From an uncultured Gemmatimonadales bacterium (GTDB lineage: Bacteria; Gemmatimonadota; Gemmatimonadetes; Longimicrobiales; RSA9): a stretch of 64,000 bases of DNA. The position numbers and the translations under genes are program-made. Of the stretch, positions 60,734 to 64,000 are shown piece after piece. How positions within the stretch are numbered: position 1 is the stretch's first letter; every line of letters starts with the position of its first letter. Location of the stretch: positions 2,720,001 through 2,784,000 of the forward strand of contig OY970192.1 in the NCBI GenBank assembly GCA_963708135.1, in the 5' to 3' direction. Under the pieces are notes generated by a model. The model ran no database searches and was not told where the DNA came from. It worked only from the letters and a program-made list of their open reading frames with translations.

Positions 60734-63700
60734 ATGTCAAAGGGAATCGCTCGACGCCGGGCCAGCGTCTACGGCGGGATCCGGATCCTCACGCTCGGGG
60801 CCATCCTCCTCCTCGCGGCGCGCCCCGCCTCGGCCGCCACGGGCGGCCCGGGCGTCGCGGGGCGCGCCCACCGGGACGTTCTGCCGACCGTCACGGCAAC
60901 CAACTCGCCCATGACCGTGCCGCCCAACACGGGCGGCCACGGCGCGACGTTCCAGATCGACAACAGCGGCAATCCCACCACGACGTACGACCTGGGCTGC
61001 TCCTTCGTCGCGCCCGTCACATCCTGTTCGGTTCAGAGCTCGATCACGATCCCGGCCGGCGGCTCGGCCAATGTGAGCATCACGTACGCGGTCGGCTCGA
61101 GCCCCAGCAGCGGATACGTGACGCTCAGCGTCGCCACCCAGGGCGCCTCGCCGGCACGGATCTCGCCCAACCTCCCACCGCCCGCCGAGTACACGAACTG
61201 TTACGTCAACCTCCAGCAGGTGAATCCGCAGGGCGCCCCCACCGTGGATGTCTCGTCGGTCAATCCCGGCTCCCTCACCGACCGCGGTTCCTGCGTGACC
61301 GTGGGCGCCGGCCCGGCGGGCGCTTCCCAGTGCGGCGAGCTGCTCCTCGCCCAGAAGATGCCCGCCTACCGCACGATGAACCGGGACCGCGCCCTCGGGC
61401 TCGTCTACACCAGCGGCACGGCCAAGCCCTACCCGATCGTGCTGGCGAACGTGAGCGTTCCCTCGGGGCTCCAGGGGCCCGACAGCGTGCGCGCGACGCT
61501 CGTGGTGGACGGGACCACCCGCGCCGTGCGCTGGTTCTCGGCTTCGGGCTTCACGCCCGGCGGCGCCGCCCGCCGCATCGCCGTCGGCTTCGACGCGGCC
61601 GCGGCCGGTCTCGGCACCGGCCTGCACGCGTACACGCTCTCCGTGGCCGATGCCTATGCGAACACGGTCTGCGGCGGCTGTCAGACCAGCCAGAGCGGCG
61701 ACCTCGTGGTCGTCAACCGCTCGGGCAGCCTCTATGGAGCCGGGTGGAGCGTGGCCGGCGTCGAGGCGCTCTATCCGAACCAGCGCTCCGGCACGGCCGT
61801 CATGCTCGTCGAGGGTGACGGCAGCGCCGCCGTGTACGAGTCGATCGGCAACAACGCGTATTGCGCCCCGGCCGGCGCCTATCGGGACACGATCTTCTAC
61901 GAGACCGCCGTCGACCCGAGCGGCAGCTCGACGACGCACTTCCGGCGCCGCCTCCTGGACGGCGCCCAGATCTACTTCAACACCGCGGGGCAGGAGACCT
62001 GGGTCCAAGATCGAGTCGGCAACAAGGTCCAGTACAGCTATACCGGTGGGGCGGGCACTGGACTCTCACAGGTGCGGATCTCGCCCTGGGACCAGAGCAA
62101 GACCTACAGCTTCGCCTACGGCAGCACGGGCGCGAAGTTGAGCGCGATCACGGATCCCGCCGCGCGGGCCATGAACGTGACCGTGGACGCCTCCGGGAAT
62201 CTGACCGATTTCTACCTCCCCGACCGGCCCGACTCCGCGATCGCGCTGACCTACAGCGGACACCTCCTCACGCGCTGGACCTCGCGCCTCGGACACGCGA
62301 CGAAGTACGCCTACACGGGCGAGACGGCGCTCCTCGCCGCCGACACCCTGCCGCAGGTCACGGCCGGAACGCCGGTCACGACGTTTACTCCTCTCCAGAG
62401 CCGCGGCCTTGCCACCCTTTCGAGCGGCCTCAACACCAGCTACGCGGCCGCGAGCGCCGACTTCGAGGTGCACGGGCCGCGCACGGACACCCTGCAGATC
62501 ACGAAGTTCTACCTGGACCGCTTCGGCGCACCGGATACGGTCATCGACGCCGTCGGGCACCGGACCGTGCTCGAGTACGACGCCGCTTTCCCGCTGCTGG
62601 CCAGAGAGGTCGACTGGCCGAACGGCCGCACCACCACGACCGCCTACGACGGCTCGGGCCGGGTCGCCTACGCTGCCGACCTCACCTCGAGCGCCGGCGC
62701 GGATTCCGTGACGTACGTTTACTCGACCGCGGCACGAGACAAACCATATCAGGTGAGCGTGCCCCGCGATGGCACCAGCCGCGACCTGACGACCTATACC
62801 TACAACGCCACGGACGGCACGCTGGACAACGTCGTGGACCCGCGCGGGCACGAGACCAGCTTCACGTACAACAGCCGCGGCCAGGTGGCGAGCGCGACCG
62901 AGCACTCCGTGCCCGTTTACGGCGCCGGCGTGCAGGATCTCACCACGATGCTCGGCAACGACGATTCCGGCACCGGCAACCTGCTCTCGAGCACCACGCC
63001 CGGCGGCGAAACCACGAGCTACGGCTACGACGCCTACGGGCTGTTGCGCCGCGTGAGCAACCCCGCCGGTGACAGCACCACGTTCGTGCACGACCTGCTC
63101 GGCAACGAGACCGAGATCGATCAGTACGAGGGCGTCTATCAGCGCCCCAGCCGCTTCACCTTCGACGCCGACGGCAACCGCGTCGGCGCCTCGGACCCGC
63201 GCCTGCTCGCCCGGATCTGGCAGTACAACGCCCTGGGCGAGGACACCGCGATGATCGACGCGAAGAACGCAACCCAGCTTCACGCCTACGACCTCGCCGG
63301 GAACCTCACCCTGGGCACGAACCGCGACGGCAGCACCGTCACGATCCACTACGACGGCGACAACCGGCCGAAGCAGCGGACCCTCTCGAACACCTACCAG
63401 GGCGGTGTCCTCGGGGTGCGCGGCACCACGATCAACCTCCAGTACGACGCCGCCGGCAACCCGACCGTGCTCGACGAGGACAGCTCCAAGGTCACCCGCA
63501 CCTTCAACCGGGAGGGCACCCTCGCCTCGAGCGTCCAGCTCCACAAGTGGTCGGGAACGACGCGGACGTACACGTCGGCCTACCAGTGGGCGGGCCGCCA
63601 CACGCTGACCACGCCGAAGGGGACCTACACCTCGATCTTCGGCCCGGGCGGGCTCGTCAGCCAGATCCAGACGCCGGCGGGCGAGGTGATCTCCTTCCAT

Positions 63701-64000
63701 TACGACGCGCTCGGCCGGCGCGACACGGTCTCGCTGCCCAACGGCACCAAGACGAGCTACGGCTACACCACGGACGGGCAGCTCGCGCGCGTCGTCTCGG
63801 TCAATGCGACGACGGGCTACACCCCCGTGGACCTCACCTTCGCCTACGACGCCGCGGGCCGGCCGGACTCGGTCGTGAACCGGGGCAGGGAGACGAACGG
63901 AGGGACGTGGGTCAGCCACTGGGCCTACGACCACCGGGGGAAGATCCGCTACACGGACCAGATGAAGAACGGCACCTACGCCTCCATGGACAGCCTGATC
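60734..64000 (+). CDS. RHS/YD-repeat protein with N-terminal signal peptide, 3'-truncated by window edge
   Basis: GGGAG RBS; MSKGIARRR..ILTLGAILLLAARPASA signal; YD repeats (AYDGSGR, YGYDAYG, QYDAAGN, HYDALGRR, AYDAAGR); frame open to window end, so absent from the ORF track. Confidence 0.9.
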   Translation, partial: MSKGIARRRASVYGGIRILTLGAILLLAARPASAATGGPGVAGRAHRDVLPTVTATNSPMTVPPNTGGHGATFQIDNSGNPTTTYDLGCSFVAPVTSCSVQSSITIPAGGSANVSITYAVGSSPSSGYVTLSVATQGASPARISPNLPPPAEYTNCYVNLQQVNPQGAPTVDVSSVNPGSLTDRGSCVTVGAGPAGASQCGELLLAQKMPAYRTMNRDRALGLVYTSGTAKPYPIVLANVSVPSGLQGPDSVRATLVVDGTTRAVRWFSASGFTPGGAARRIAVGFDAAAAGLGTGLHAYTLSVADAYANTVCGGCQTSQSGDLVVVNRSGSLYGAGWSVAGVEALYPNQRSGTAVMLVEGDGSAAVYESIGNNAYCAPAGAYRDTIFYETAVDPSGSSTTHFRRRLLDGAQIYFNTAGQETWVQDRVGNKVQYSYTGGAGTGLSQVRISPWDQSKTYSFAYGSTGAKLSAITDPAARAMNVTVDASGNLTDFYLPDRPDSAIALTYSGHLLTRWTSRLGHATKYAYTGETALLAADTLPQVTAGTPVTTFTPLQSRGLATLSSGLNTSYAAASADFEVHGPRTDTLQITKFYLDRFGAPDTVIDAVGHRTVLEYDAAFPLLAREVDWPNGRTTTTAYDGSGRVAYAADLTSSAGADSVTYVYSTAARDKPYQVSVPRDGTSRDLTTYTYNATDGTLDNVVDPRGHETSFTYNSRGQVASATEHSVPVYGAGVQDLTTMLGNDDSGTGNLLSSTTPGGETTSYGYDAYGLLRRVSNPAGDSTTFVHDLLGNETEIDQYEGVYQRPSRFTFDADGNRVGASDPRLLARIWQYNALGEDTAMIDAKNATQLHAYDLAGNLTLGTNRDGSTVTIHYDGDNRPKQRTLSNTYQGGVLGVRGTTINLQYDAAGNPTVLDEDSSKVTRTFNREGTLASSVQLHKWSGTTRTYTSAYQWAGRHTLTTPKGTYTSIFGPGGLVSQIQTPAGEVISFHYDALGRRDTVSLPNGTKTSYGYTTDGQLARVVSVNATTGYTPVDLTFAYDAAGRPDSVVNRGRETNGGTWVSHWAYDHRGKIRYTDQMKNGTYASMDSLI

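Noticed and set aside
60064..63934. Listed ORFs overlapping the RHS region
   Set aside because: Alternative-frame or antisense shadows; the real frame (60734 onward) is open to the window end.
1..64000. rRNA, tRNA or known riboswitch
   Set aside because: None recognised by eye; tRNAscan-SE and Rfam searches would be needed to exclude them.

Overview
Very GC-rich bacterial DNA. The gene content (four ADOP-type orphan ABC permeases plus PadR, a VPS10/BNR protein, an S9 peptidase, a PAS hybrid kinase) suggests Gemmatimonadota/Acidobacteriota-like origin; this is inference only. Most of the window is housekeeping or transport genes (acyl-CoA synthetase, mpl, murB, cysK, msrA, tesA-ybbAP-like, a P1B ATPase). 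Three things stand out. (1) Two paralogous four-helix-bundle (23S-IVP/Avd-like) genes each sit between convergent genes inside a different long repeat array (about 225-bp and 200-bp units). The two arrays share a 13-nt motif and bracket the gene with inverted repeats. (2) Several further REP/MITE-like repeat families occur, one of them in frame inside mpl, along with degenerate duplications of gene 3' ends. (3) An accessory island starts near 57.14 kb. It carries an orphan RHS C-terminal fragment (DPFGL), an IS21 remnant, a perfect 11-bp tandem repeat, an AraC-type regulator, and a divergent Ig-repeat/2TM gene and signal-peptide RHS/YD gene that share four 13-bp operator boxes. Four single-base frameshifts in short C/G runs probably reflect assembly error. 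No rRNA, tRNA or CRISPR array was recognised.
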